Shown in pieces: positions 14,693-27,453 of a DNA stretch of 64,000 bases. Source of the stretch: Marsupella aquatica. Lineage: Eukaryota; Plantae; Marchantiophyta. The stretch spans positions 16,657,752 through 16,721,751 of the forward strand of contig OZ316896.1 in the NCBI GenBank assembly GCA_973895155.1, written 5' to 3'. Position 1 is the stretch's first letter, and the number at the start of each line of letters is the position of its first letter. Position numbers and translations under genes: made by a program. The notes beneath the pieces were generated by a model, which saw only the letters and a list, made by a program, of their open reading frames with translations, was not told the DNA's origin and made no database searches.

Positions 14693-15448
14693 TGTTATGT
14701 TTTTGCCTGATCTTCAAACCTGAGAACATACCACAAAATCAGTCCACTTCAACCCCAACCTGCGAGACAAAGTGCCACAGAACCAAGGAATGTGCCAACA
14801 AATGGCTACTAAAACCGTGTCCTTACGGATCTAACAATGCTCTCGGCCACCCCAGGACTCCTATCATGAATTCATGAAGGGAGTCTCCCTCTCGCTCCGA
14901 CCTTCTTTGCTTGTACACCTCGGTGATGCAGAAGGGTATTTAAAATAGGGTTCGGAGGGGGGTGACGTGAAGAAATCACCCAGGGCCTAAATTACTACCT
15001 AAAACAGGGTCGAAATGAAGTGCGACCGCGACAACTCGCGACACGTCGCCGATGAGTGCTGAAAATGGCACGAAATTGGACAACGAGATTGTTTTTCACT
15101 CTTTTACAAAGGAAATCCAAATGACATTGAGTGAAAATGAATGGGCTGCCCCGTGTTCCTTGGTTATACATACTAATCACGGATCAGGCGCGACTTAGTA
15201 AAATTAACCCAGAATCATGATAAATCAATGTTTTTGGGCCAATTATTCATGAATATTTCGGGGTATTAACGGGAAAAAGCTTGCAAATTTCATGAATATT
15301 TGATATTTTTGAAGTTAAAAAGTCCCAACAATCCGTGAAAAACTATAAATAGGCTCGTTTATTCATGACTCTTGGTCATTATTTTGAGAAGATTTGTTAG
15401 ATTTTACTGATTTTCTGAGTTTCTTGTCAATTTGCACTAGTTTTTCCA
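14693..15448. promoter_or_regulatory. Putative bidirectional promoter between methyltransferase and transposase
   Basis: TATA-like CTATAAATA at ~15343 (+) and an AT box at ~14937-14947 (-). Six TCATGA palindromes lie at 14864, 14872, 15215, 15247, 15290 and 15363. Confidence 0.5.
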
Positions 15449-18400
15449 ATGGCGGCGTGTTACGAATCAGATGATTATTCAGATGGAGTTTCTGATGATG
15501 TTTCATTGCCGGATGGCCCCTGCACAGTGGTTGGCCCAGATATCCCTGGAATAACTACTGTTTTAGATATGCCACCCCCACCCCTATGAGCAAGTTAAAA
15601 CGTAGTCCTTTACGACTTGCAATTAGTGGGAAGAAATCATTGGTCGGTGGTAAAGAGAGGTCAAGGAGCTCCTCTGACTCCTTGGAGAGTATTGGTCCAC
15701 CTGGACGTCAAGTTGTATCTCCTTTGTCACCAACAAAGGACAAATTGGGGAGTAATCTGGAAGGTTCAATGCCTATTTGGATGTCTGGGAAACGGTCTCA
15801 TGAATTCATGAAGACTGGATTTGGAAAGACGAAGAAGGCACTAAGTGGGGAAAATGACAGAGATTTTTGCAGTCTCCAAAGTGTTCAGCGGCTGAAGCAA
15901 ATGCCAAAAAGTAAAACCTTTGGTAAGCCACCATCGGAAACATTTCACAGGGGGATGAGGGAAGAAACTAGACGACCAGTGTTATTGAAAAGTATTCCAG
16001 AAAAGAATTCTAATGTGCGTTCCTCAGTTTTACCTAGGAGTCATGGTGTTGGGGCAGGGAGCGGATCAAGTCACGGAAACTCAAACAGGGAAACCAACCT
16101 GGTGGAGAGGGACCCTAGGAAAATATTGAAAGGGTCCCTACACGGTAATGGAGGGATTTCTGAAATACGCCCAGGTATTCCAAGGGTGCATAGAGTGAAG
16201 GAAGAGCCTCCATCTCCGAAGGCTGCAGGTCTGGAATCTAGGCATGTTCAGAAGCAAAAGTTGGTGACCATTTCATCATCGAATGAAAGCGAGTCTTCGG
16301 AGAGTGGGGAGGATGATGATGTTCCGGTGGCATCTAGTCGTTACAAACGTACGAGCAACGCCACTTTGTGTGAAACAAAGTTGAAAGAGGAGGATATCAA
16401 GAAAACAAATAGTAAGTACTGTTGTCAGAGTCATTGTCTCCTAAGTCTATCTCCAAAAGAAATTTGTGAGGCGCGTTCTAAATTTTTGAGGCAGAAATCT
16501 CAGGATCGATCTTTATCTTTGCAGTGGCTTATAAAGCGAGACGGAAATGAAGGAGGGAGGCAGACTATATCTTACACGTTTGGTCAAAAGAGTATTTGTC
16601 GGAAAGCTTTCAAGCTTATATTTTGCGTTGGCAATCATAGATTAAATAGAATTTTGAAATTAGACAACCAAGACTTAGGATATTCTAAACCAGTTGGACG
16701 CCCTCCATCTGTTAAAAGATTAGTCTTGGTCAGTTGGCTTAGGTCATTTTTTGAGACACGCGTGGAAACATTGCCAAATAAAGAAGTTTTACATTTACCG
16801 GATAATTATTCAAAGCTGGAGGTATGGAAGATCTACGACTCCAACTATGCCAAGATTGATGAATCTTCAAAAATATCCTATCGACAATTCTTGAAAGTTT
16901 GGGTTCAAGAATTTGGTCATGTGAAGATTCCTCCAGTCAATCGATTCAGTGCTTGCGCGGATTGCGAGGAGTTCAAATCAATTCGGGACAAAGCTGTCTC
17001 GGAGACCGAAAAGAGTAAGTTACTTACAAGTTTGACAAGTTTTTGTTTCAAGAATATGGCTTAACACATGATTTCTAATTTTTTTTGAAGAAACTAACAA
17101 GTTGTTTTTCCAGGGCGAGGGGAAATTATGTTAAAAAAACATAGAGACCAACAATCCAAAGAACGTGAGAAACTCGCAAAGCATCGTAAGAAATGTTTTT
17201 CAAATTCTGATAAATATTTGGGAGTTGTCATTGATGGGATGGATCAGAAGAAGACAAGGTTGCCTCATTGGCCGCGGCCCCCAAAATCGGTGGACGAAAC
17301 ATGTTTGATCCAAATGCACGTTGTCGGATGCCTGGTTTTCAATGGTGCACTATTTTCAAGAGTGTTTCTTAATTATCCTGTATTGCATAATGATGGAAAC
17401 TTGACAGTCACAATCCTGCAAAGGGTGTTTCACGAATGGGAAGAAAAGCCTAGTGGCTTGCCGCCTGTTCTCTATCTTCAACTTGATAATACCAGTAGAG
17501 AAAATAAAAATAATTTACTCTTTGCCTATCTTCATATGTTGATTCGAAGAAAGGTTTTTCGGAAAATCAAACTAGGATTCTTGTTGGTTGGACACACACA
17601 CGACCAAATAGATCAAATGTTCAGTCGATTTTCTAAACGACTAGCAAGGTTTAAGGCATTCACATACGAAAGCCTATGTGATATTATTTGTGAATCATAT
17701 CAACCCCAACCAAATATCACTCTTTTAAAGGAAACATATGATTTCCGTCAATATGCCTTCTCAGATCCACCTTTAGTCATTGAAAGGATTCGAAATGTTA
17801 CCTTCCACCACCAGTACAAATTTGCATTTGACAAGTTGGAAAATCAAGTTCCAACCCAATGGGGGAAGAAGTTTTCCACGGACTCAACTTGGAAACCTGA
17901 CGGAGGCGTGAAATTTTTGAGGGAAGAGGAGCCAGAAAAGGTGATGGGTTGTGCTCCCGGATTACCCCTTTTCAAAAAGGGGGATAAGAACGTTACAAGG
18001 ACTCAACCAAATATGTCTAGTTCTTCAAGAATGACTTTGAAGGAGATGGATGATTCGTTAAATGAGATTCAAAAGGGAATACTTGCAGTTGAAACTTTAT
18101 TCTCAGAAGAGGAAGTGAACTGGTGGAGAATGTTTTTTGAAGAGCAACGAGAATTGAATAAATCTTTGCTCCTTGATCAAAGACCATTGATTTTCCCTTT
18201 TCAATGGCCACGCTCCCAAAGGGAGATTGCTGTTGCTGCTGAAGTTCCCAGAGTCCTTGTCAATGTAAATTGAAGAGAGAGTATACAGACCTACCAGAGA
18301 TATATACGTGGGTCCTTATCGGAATCAAGGAAAGATAGATGCAGAGAAGGAGAATATGGAAGGAGACTTTTCGGATCTTGAAGTCAACACTTATATTTCT

Positions 18401-18841
18401 GTTGCTGGAGAAGAATCGGAAACATTTTGGGTGGCCAAGGTGGAAAGAATTGACCAGCGCGACGAGTTCAACATTCCAAAAATGATTTATGTTTTATGGC
18501 ATGCTACAAAAACCGGGTCAGATCCTTGGAAAGCCAAGTACTTACCAGAAGTCTTAAACTACGAAAAGAAGAAAAGTGGTCGTGGGAAAGGAACTTTGAA
18601 ACCAATATGGTTTCACCAAGAGCTTGATTTATCTTCAACGACTGTTTTTGCTTACAACTTCATGTTGACAAAATCTGATACATTGTACAAAAAGACAGCA
18701 GATCGAATCAAAATCCAATTGACTGAATTTTTGGCAGAAGAGAAAGAGCAAGAACAAGAGAATGGATCAACTAGAACCCCGCTAGGAGATAAATCTAGGG
18801 ATATTTCGTTTCAAGAATTGAGGACTTCTGGATCTGAGTAA
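15449..18841 (+). CDS. Sola-like (DDD, RNase H fold) transposase with a C-terminal beta-barrel domain. Intron 17015-17113; apparent 1-bp frameshifts near 15580 and 18270
   Basis: Cys motifs CCQSHC and FSACADC, and catalytic-like IDGMDQKK, LYLQLDNTSRENKN and FLLVGHTHDQIDQMFS. The intron joins ORFs 15586 and 17128 in frame (EK-R-RGEIML). The superfamily name rests on recalled motifs only. Confidence 0.72.
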
Positions 18842-20283
18842 TGAAAAGTAGTTATTGTTTGTGACATTACCATTGAAAAACATGGATAACTTGAAAATTT
18901 ACAAATTTTCAAAATGCCTTTACCACTTATTCATGAATTCATGGTTAAAGTTTCTTGAGAAATTTGTAGTTTAATATTATCTTAGTGGGTTGTGTTTCAA
19001 TTCAATTAGATGGTGTCATTTCTATTCTCCTTGTCTTCTTTTCACAATAATGTGTATCAGGTTAAGTTGTAGTAATTTATTTTCTGGTTTTTAAATGACA
19101 ATGGCTTTTGGAGGTGATTTAGTTGTTGTTTCAAAAGACACCTCGTGTAATTGTGAGACCATTGTAGATAATAGTGTTGTATTTGAGATCATTTATTGGT
19201 GGAATGTAACTTCAGATGAATTTGGTCATTTTTAGGTGTCAAAACATAGCTAGTTTATGTCATATTTTGTTCGCTCCATATTTTTGCTCTAAAATAGGTG
19301 CTAATTTTTGCACTTTTTTTGACTTTTTCGTTGTTTTTCTGATTTTTTGGCTAGAGTTCCTAAAGTATGGGCTTGTTACTCATCATTTAAGGCTTCTTGT
19401 TACAAATCTAAAATCACATTGCACCCATTAATTCAACCTGAATACAAGCAAGTTACATCTGGACCCCAGGTTTGGCCTTGACGGGCATATTGGGGTCTCG
19501 ACCCCATCAAACCGGCATCCGTCACCCGGTCGCCAGGTCCACCACCCACCCGGCCAGCCCCAACCCCGACCCCAACCCCGCCCCTACCATTTTCGACCCA
19601 GCCCCAACCTCACCCGGTCCCCCACCCACCTGGCCCGCCCCGACCCCGACCCTGCCCCCACCATTTTTTACCCAGTCCAGCCTCGACCTCACCCGGTCCC
19701 CCCACCCACCCTACCCTGCCCGGCTGCGACCCCAAACCGGGGGACCGGCTCATTAGACCAGGGGAGTCCAGGGGGAGTCATGGGGAAAAATTGGGAATGG
19801 CCCGGGAATCAACGGGAATATGCATCAAATTGTCTGTTTTTGGTCCGTCATTTGACAGTTTATGTGCCCCGCAAGGCGTCAAGTTGCCCGTTAGGTTAAA
19901 TCTGGTCTGGACCAGCATGATTATACAATTTCTTTGGTTGGTACAGGCTGGAAGTAAGATAATGGTGTGTTATTGGGTTTAATAACAGATAATTTTCTAC
20001 ATATAATAGATTTTTAATTCTAGCATCTTACTTATATAGCGCCAACTATGATCTAGAGTTGGGGCCTAGGTTTCTAGAGTGAAGCCTCTACTAGACCATA
20101 ACTACATGGTTCACCATGTAAATGGGAAAACTTATGGCTATGAGATATGTTAAATGATAACTATCATGCATGCTTTTTGTCATTATTTCTACTTACATTC
20201 AAAAATGGACTCTGTAGCCCCACCATAACATATGTGCAGGAAGAGGGATGTGCATAGAAAAGATGGTGGCATGTTATGTATGA

Positions 20284-20520
20284 CTAGCTCAATATCGGTG
20301 TGTTGCACAAAGATTTTGTGAAGAAAATAGATGTTGTATCGTCTAAAAACTTGTTAAGGAAAAAAAATGTTGCTAACAAAAAGATGTTGTGTCGCCCAAG
20401 ATGTTGTTAAGAAAAAAAGATGTTATATCGCCCAAGATGTTGTTAAGTTAAAAGATGTCGTGTCACCTAAGATGTCGTAAAGAAAAAAAGGGGTGGTGTC
20501 GCCCAAGATACAATCTTTAA
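20284..20520 (-). mobile_element. Non-autonomous Helitron-like 3' end with a degenerate ~30-bp minisatellite (copy 1)
   Basis: Plus strand A|CTAG-ctcaatat-CGGTGTGTTGCACA is the reverse complement of a hairpin followed by CTAG. It is followed by repeats of AAGATGTTGTGTCGCCCAAGATG. Confidence 0.55.
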
Positions 20521-20755
20521 AAAAAATGATGATGTGTATGATGGTTTTTTTCATTTCATTAAAATTCAAAGAATATAAGTAGAAGATATACTTTGGTGAC
20601 ACTTTTATTGTCCTAAGTGCTATTTCTTTGGTAGTAGGGGCTAGTTGTGATTAATATTTATAACATTTTATTATTACACATTACATACTATGCCAACTAC
20701 CAGCATTACTTGCTCATGAAGGATCTCCCTTCTCAACTATATACTTGATTCCCTT

Positions 20756-20801
<46 letters not shown>
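20756..20801. repeat. (AT)n microsatellite
   Basis: Seen directly. Confidence 0.95.
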
Positions 20802-20803
<2 letters not shown>

Positions 20804-21917
20804 ATGACAAGGACACACTCTAACAACTTGGATGTATGAAAAAGCATTTGGAGATCCTATCCCATAATATTATATATATTTTAAGGCTATAGATGTGAGC
20901 GTCAAAATTAAGAATATTTGGTGAGTCCCACTAAGGTATCATACGAAACTAGATTCCACATACATTTGAAGTACAGAACTACTGTAGCTAGGGTTACATT
21001 TTTTTAGTTTTAGAACTACTACACAGCCAACGCCAGGTATTACTTTGCTTGCTAGCCCGATGCTGCGTCCTCCCTTTCACTCCTTCTGGACTTTCTCCCT
21101 CCCAACCCGACTCCCTCCCTTCACCCACCACCCTTTTCACCCCTCCAGCATGATTTAAAAAATGTGACCCAAAGGCAGAAGAACAGTTACTCTTCTCACC
21201 TAATAGCGAAAAAGCCTAAAAGGCTCTCATGCTGATGCACTTCTCATGTTGAGTGGGGCTCCAATGTCCCAAAGTATTCGATGTAAAGTACTCTACACTA
21301 GCATTAGGTGTAGTCGGTACCTTTTACCTCCTTACTGTATAAGCAAGTAATAAGGACATCTTCGTCAACCAAGGGTGTCAAAAACCCTGGAAGATATGTC
21401 CTGTAGTGTGGTAACTATTCTCTCATTTTTCAACTTTGTAAACATAGTTCACGGAAGCCTTTTGGTTGGATAGGGTACTCTAGTGTTTGATGATGTACCC
21501 CATCCGTAGAGGAGTATGGTTGTGTGCTTTATCCTCGACTTTATCTTCCGTTGCCCAACCTTTATGCTTTTTGTTCCACTTTGAGCCAATCAGTTGATGA
21601 GATGAAATTGAAAGAACAAAATATTGAAAATTAAACAATCTGAAATAATCTGGTAATTTCATATCCAATATGAGCCACACAGATTATTTAGCACAAGAAT
21701 TACAATATATATGCTTGATGGGACCCTGGCAAAAAAATTTTACCTGATAGTACCTCACCAAAGTAATCTTACCAACTAGGGCCCCTCTGACACATTTGTC
21801 TCTGAAGTTCTTGTAACAATTTCTATAAACAAGTTTCTTCTTGGTATTGTGACCACCAACATCTCCCGCGACAGCTATTGTGACATTTATAGTCAACCGT
21901 GCCTAAACCACAAACAA

Positions 21918-23959
21918 TGTAATGCTGTACATTAGTTAGAAATGATGGAAATTTTATAAGTTTTAAACTTTTTCTAACTCAAGGTACAATCTAGTTACCT
22001 TTTATAGCAATTTAGATCAACTGAACACTTAACCTAATGTTATGCTTCATCGGAGGCTATTGTATTGGACAAGGATTGCGAATATAAATCCTTGCTCTTT
22101 ACATGCTACCAAGAAAGAAGACTGGACATCATTGGAGAAGCAATGCAGACTAGAAGATTCAAGAACCGACCTCCAAAACACTTTTTCAACAAGAATGAGC
22201 TCTGTATACAATTATCACAATCAGCCGATCTCTGCTATTTTAGTTCAATAGCTAAAGTGGTCAGAAAAGTCTCATACTTTTTCAGGAGGTAGTAGTTGCG
22301 TAGTAGAATCATCCCTGCAAGTTTCATCTCAAACCGACATGTGTTTTGAAAGTTAGAATTAATTTAGTTTTGTTGTTTTTTGCATAACCGCGACTTCGCC
22401 GACGCTTTGTGAAGCGTCCCTTGTATTGGTGGACGCTTCAGAAAGCGTCCACCCAAAGACCACGACGCTTTCTGAAGCGTCCACCACCCAACCAGTTGTA
22501 CTCCGACGCTCTGCAATCCACATGAGGAGCGACGCCCACAGAAACGTCTGCTACCCCGAAGGTGACCTCGACACTGTGACGCCCACTGAAGCGTCGCACC
22601 CGAAGACCAGAAGACGGACACTGCGACCAAAACCTCAAAATTCAGCCGACGCTTTCTGAAGCGTCCACAAAAGTCCTTTGTAGTTTTGGACGCTTTCTGA
22701 AGCGTCCACTATGTTCCCGACACTTAGAAAAATTTTCAGTTTTCGCACTTTTATAACACCGCGCCACTTTTACCGATTTATTTGAGGCACTTAGAAGTCT
22801 CAGAAAAGTCTGAAACTTTTCCAGCATATAGACTATATGTAGTAGAGTACCCTAGAAAAGTTTCAACTCATTCCGACTCTTAGTTTAGAAGTCAAAATTA
22901 GATTAAAATCACTGTTTATTAGTTTTACCGCAAACACCGACGCTTTACAAAGCGTCCGCTCAAACCTCGACGCTTTCTGAAGCGTCCCCTGCATTTTTGA
23001 CACTTTCAGCAGTGTCCATTCACTTTTCAAGGATGACCGTCATTAAGTTTATTCAAGACCCTTTAGATATGAAAGGGCATATCCTTTCAGTATCTCAGTC
23101 TCCTTGGGTTCCTGCTAGCCTATATGAAGTAGAATTTGTGTCATTTTCAAGTGTGAAGAAATAAAGTAGTGCCTGTGGCATGTGCTGCAGTACTATAATC
23201 ACCTTTGCAAAGCTTCCGTGTGTTTTCGTATGGTATGGAGCTTGCAAATACAAAGGAATTCTTCTCCCTTCCTTGGTCTGAATGATTGAGAGTTTAGATC
23301 ATTGAAGTAAAATTACTTGTATGAAGTTGAATCTCAGAAGTATGAGGGAATAGATTCCTTAAGTGGTGACAACCCATCTTCTTGAGTTCTTGATGCATAG
23401 TTTTTGGCGTGACATTGCTTGTGTATGGGATGCAAAGATTGTTACTCACCAATTACCTGTGACTTCAATTTGATCATGATGGTGTTTATTATTCGTGACT
23501 CAGAGTACCGACTGGATATCGAAGTGATTGATTACTAGTTTCTTCTGAGTACCTTTGGAAGGAAAAGTTGAGACATGTTGACGGCATTTTAGTAATCATC
23601 CTAGTACAGTAAACCATTCCAGAAATGTTCTTACGGATATACCACCCAAAATCATATCAAATGAAGTATTGATGAGAAGTTACCTTGGTGTTTTCCAGAC
23701 TCCCTCATCATACCTCAAGATTTCATTGTGTTTTGTTACTTGTTTCCATTTTATTAATTGCATTTACAATGTTAAGCAAATATTCAAATCTATGCCTTGC
23801 TGAGCAATCATAGTAAAAGGCTCAAACCTGTGTTTTTGTTACCTTAGTCATTCATAAGTGTTAAACGATAGAAAATCATTCCTTTATTGTTCTTCCATGG
23901 GATCGAATATCGAGTTTTGGATATTAAATGTTGATTTATGTCCTTAGTGCAATACTACA
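21918..23959. mobile_element. Solo LTR (~2.04 kb) with 5-bp TSD
   Basis: Starts TGTA and ends TACA, flanked on both sides by AACAA (21913-21917; 23960-23964). There is no coding capacity, and internal GACGCTTnnnnAAGCGTC repeats are present. Confidence 0.8.
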
Positions 23960-24637
23960 AACAACGTGGTTGGAAATAAGGCCCCAACCTTGGACGGTCG
24001 ATGTAGGGTTGGGAGAACTGAATAATACTGATTGTCTTCGTCCGAACTGCAATGTAACTTAAGTAAAGACAATATGGTTAATGCCTTTCAGTTTAAATTT
24101 TTACCATACCTTAGTTTTTCATTAGGTTTACTTTCACATAAGCTATCTAGGGTCTTTCCACAATGTTCCCGATGTTTTTCTTGATGCAAATATCTGTGCG
24201 TGCATAGCATAGGAGTTTATATCCAGCTACACGAGGGACATGATGCAACTCAGCTAGGTGCAATTGTTGCTGGTGATGTAAAGATAGGTGGAATATATCA
24301 TGACTTCAAATATGATCTGTGGATCAAATGTTCATGACCATTCATTTATCAAGAGATGATCTCAGGCTCACAATGTAACATACTTCTCTTAATTTGTCTT
24401 ACTAATTACTTTGCAACAACCTCAGGATGCAAAGCCATCCTTTAATCACAACTTTTAACTTGCTCAAATTGCTGTCCAATGGTTGGGCGGGTGATCAAGA
24501 AAAAGGGAACGTCCAGATGGCATCCAAGCAAACCTGCTTATGTCAAGAAATCTGAATGGCCCAAGTTTATGGACAGCAAGAGAATGTTTGAATGGTTGAA
24601 GATGATGAAAAGCAAAGAGGAGGAAGAAAGTAGTCCA

Positions 24638-24962
24638 TGTAAGATCAAAATGAACAGCATAACGTCTCACTTTTGTCCAACACAAAGCACACGAGTACAC
24701 CTACACAAAAATATGTGGTTCATCTCGTATGGGCTAAGTCCACGGTCATACCAAGAGCTCCACTATGAACACAAAAAGTACATATCACCTTAACTCCATG
24801 GTTCAAGCTTTTTCTCTCTCACACAGTTTTCAACCAAGTGCTCTCTCTTCATGGGATACAAAGAGGGTTACTTATCCCCTCATGAAGAGTCTAGCTAACT
24901 AATATTAACTTCGATTAATTTAGTCTAGTTAACCTAGCCAAGGTTGAGTCAAAACCTTAACA
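24638..24962. mobile_element. Probable small solo LTR (325 bp)
   Basis: TGTAAG...TTAACA ends with a near-TSD GTCCA/CTCCA (4 of 5). It shares a GGCTAAGTCCAC motif with the LTR at 38846. Confidence 0.45.
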
Positions 24963-25486
24963 CTCCACATGCAGACCAAAGTTAACATTTTTGAAAAGCC
25001 CAACAACCAAGCGCGGTATTTTCCCAGCGTCAAGTAAAGCATGCCATTATTGATAAATCCTGTTCATGAAACAGATCGCAAGAGCCTCTCAAACATCATC
25101 ACCTATCACTAAGCAATAATCAAAAGGCTAAGCCCACAAGAAAACACCATTTCATTGCCTCTGCCATATCTTGAAAATGCCAAAATCCATGACAAAACAA
25201 TTAGTCACTAGCTGCTAAACCTGATGAGATGGAAGCGACACTAACAAACCCTTATTGATCAGAAGACATAAACCATAATGTCGTCACCGAACAACAGCAA
25301 ATGATTAGAAAACTATAGGAAATTGCATAGGGGCAACTTTGACTGCAAACAAAGTGACTTGGTAAACCATAGAACAAAACTGCCCAACAACGCAGGAAGC
25401 AAAGGCCAAAAACTATGTAGGTCCTCCATTTAGAAGAACTTCCTATACTGCTCTATACCAGGGTCCTAGTAGGTAGCAAAACTTCA

Positions 25487-25560
25487 TAGGGTCCCATCAC
25501 GTAAACAAAGTTCTGTTAGGGGTCCCATCACGTAAACAAAGTTCTGTTAGGGGTCCCATC
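25487..25560. repeat. Tandem duplication, 32-bp unit x ~2.3
   Basis: GGGTCCCATCACGTAAACAAAGTTCTGTTAG repeated. Confidence 0.9.
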
Positions 25561-26963
25561 AAGCATATATCTCCAAGAATGACTGGTTGCTTATAGTAGG
25601 CCCAATTTTCAAGGTTGATTCCTTAAATGCAAATTACTAGCACATAGAGGGAAAAAGAGAAGAACATAGGGGTATCCAAATTTCTAAATATAGCTAATTG
25701 CATGGTGATGATAAACAATTATGAAGACCAAACAAAATCTTCTACTAATGGCAACTTAGGGTGGTTTTACAAGAGGTGAGGGCCCATCACTTTTTTTATT
25801 CCCTTTGAAATAAGAATGCTGAATATGATGAGTGGAATCGGTGGTTGGAGTCAGCTCTACAAGAACCCAGGGGTCCATTTTGGTATGGTGTATACCAATT
25901 CTATATTGCAAGGAGTGGGCCCAAGGAAATACTCATGTGGAGTGTTTATTTGGTCTAGAATTATAGGTCACCTCCACATGTTGGGTAAACCAGTGTGAGG
26001 TAGGTATAATAGTGGAGCAAGGTATTGCAATAGAGCCTGGCTTCAGCTCTTCCCATACCTACCTGTACACTTGGCCTCGCAATTATAGATGTTATTATAC
26101 CTAAGTTATCTTACTTATAAAGGGGAACTAGAGTCAAGGTCTAGGCTTCTAAAGTAGCCTCTAGACCATGACTCTAGGGCCCCACCAATGTAAATGTGCA
26201 TGGAACAAAGATGTGCATAGATATGATGGTATATTTTGTATAACATGAATGAGAGTATATGTGCATGTAACGAAGATATGCATAGACATGATGATATATT
26301 ATGTATGATATGAATAATTGTTTTTTATCATTTCATTAATATTTAAAGAAAGAAAATAGCTAGGGAATAGATTTTGTTATATTTTACTGTCCTCTTCTCT
26401 ACTCATGTTCAAAAAATGGGTAGTCCGGGCTAGTACCATACCATTAAGCATAAAGGGAGATATTTGCCATGTAGATAGCCCTATACAAAAAAGACCAAAA
26501 CACTTACTAGGTCTAAAAATGTTGAGAGGCTGTAGGAGAAAGCATATCTCTCTTTGACTTGAAGGGGTTGGTATGTGTGACTCTATGTCCATGGTAGCTT
26601 GCCTCTATTAGACTGGCAGCTCTCACAGCAAATTAATCAATTCTGTTGAAAATTTCACAGTTGTTTACAGTTGCTTAAGAGGATTGGATTTGGGCAATGC
26701 TAAGTTTCTCACTTCTGGATCGCATCTTAGGCCATCAATTTGCAGCATGTTGAGCATTTGAAAGGAGTGGACATAAAATGTGTGCTCTCATCTAGCAGTC
26801 ATGTGATTCTCTTTGATTCTTGTGCTGCCTTCCTCAATCCTCTTCTCTTCACAGCAAGTTTCCTTCCCTTTTGGTTGTTGATGTGATCATATGTGTTGCA
26901 ATTTTCTGTTAGATACATGTTGTTTGATTTTTGCAAAAAATTGCCTCTATAGCCACTATGCTA

Positions 26964-27453
26964 CTCTGTCCACCACAACTAGTGTTATTCGCCTAATTTG
27001 GTAGCCCTTAAAATTTCCCTTCTCATATGAAATAGAGTAAGTCACATTATATCTGGTGTCACTCTAATTATAGTGTTCACATGAAGTCACACTTTTAATC
27101 ACACTAATTGAGGTGCCCCCACACTTTTAGTAGCACTCTTTGAGGTGCTCTTGTTACAATTGACTATTGCACATGAAGAATCTTAGCAGCAATACTCCCA
27201 CACTAATTGAGGTGCTCCCCTTATAGTTGACTATCGCACATAGACAATCACAACAAAGGGCATATAGTGAGACTCATGGGCATGTTTATGCGAGGTTCTT
27301 TTTTCATAATGTTCATTTGCCCGGCCTTAAATAGTGTGATTTTAACATACCTAATTAGCAACCTAATTAGCATAATTCCTGATTGAAAAGTAATATGTGC
27401 ACAAATTAGTGTGAGTCACTCTAATTTTAGTGTCACACTTATGGTGGGCAGTG
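26964..27453. mobile_element. Degenerate TA-flanked MITE (Tc1/mariner-like) with internal CACACTAATTGAGGTGC repeats
   Basis: Imperfect TIRs CTCTGTCCACCA / TGGTGGGCAGTG, each flanked by TA. Confidence 0.4.

Larger units (their letters stand above)
11637..18841. mobile_element. Putative two-gene DNA transposon (divergent transposase plus methyltransferase); termini not found
   Basis: Two ORFs lie head-to-head ~756 bp apart, embedded among TE relics, and share repeated TCATGA motifs. No matching TIR pair or TSD was identified. Confidence 0.6.

Noticed and set aside
20300-20520. CRISPR-like array (also considered for 22401-22990, 37860-38100 and 47105-47392)
   Set aside because: The repeats are degenerate or contiguous without regular unique spacers, there are no cas genes, and the context is eukaryotic TE DNA.
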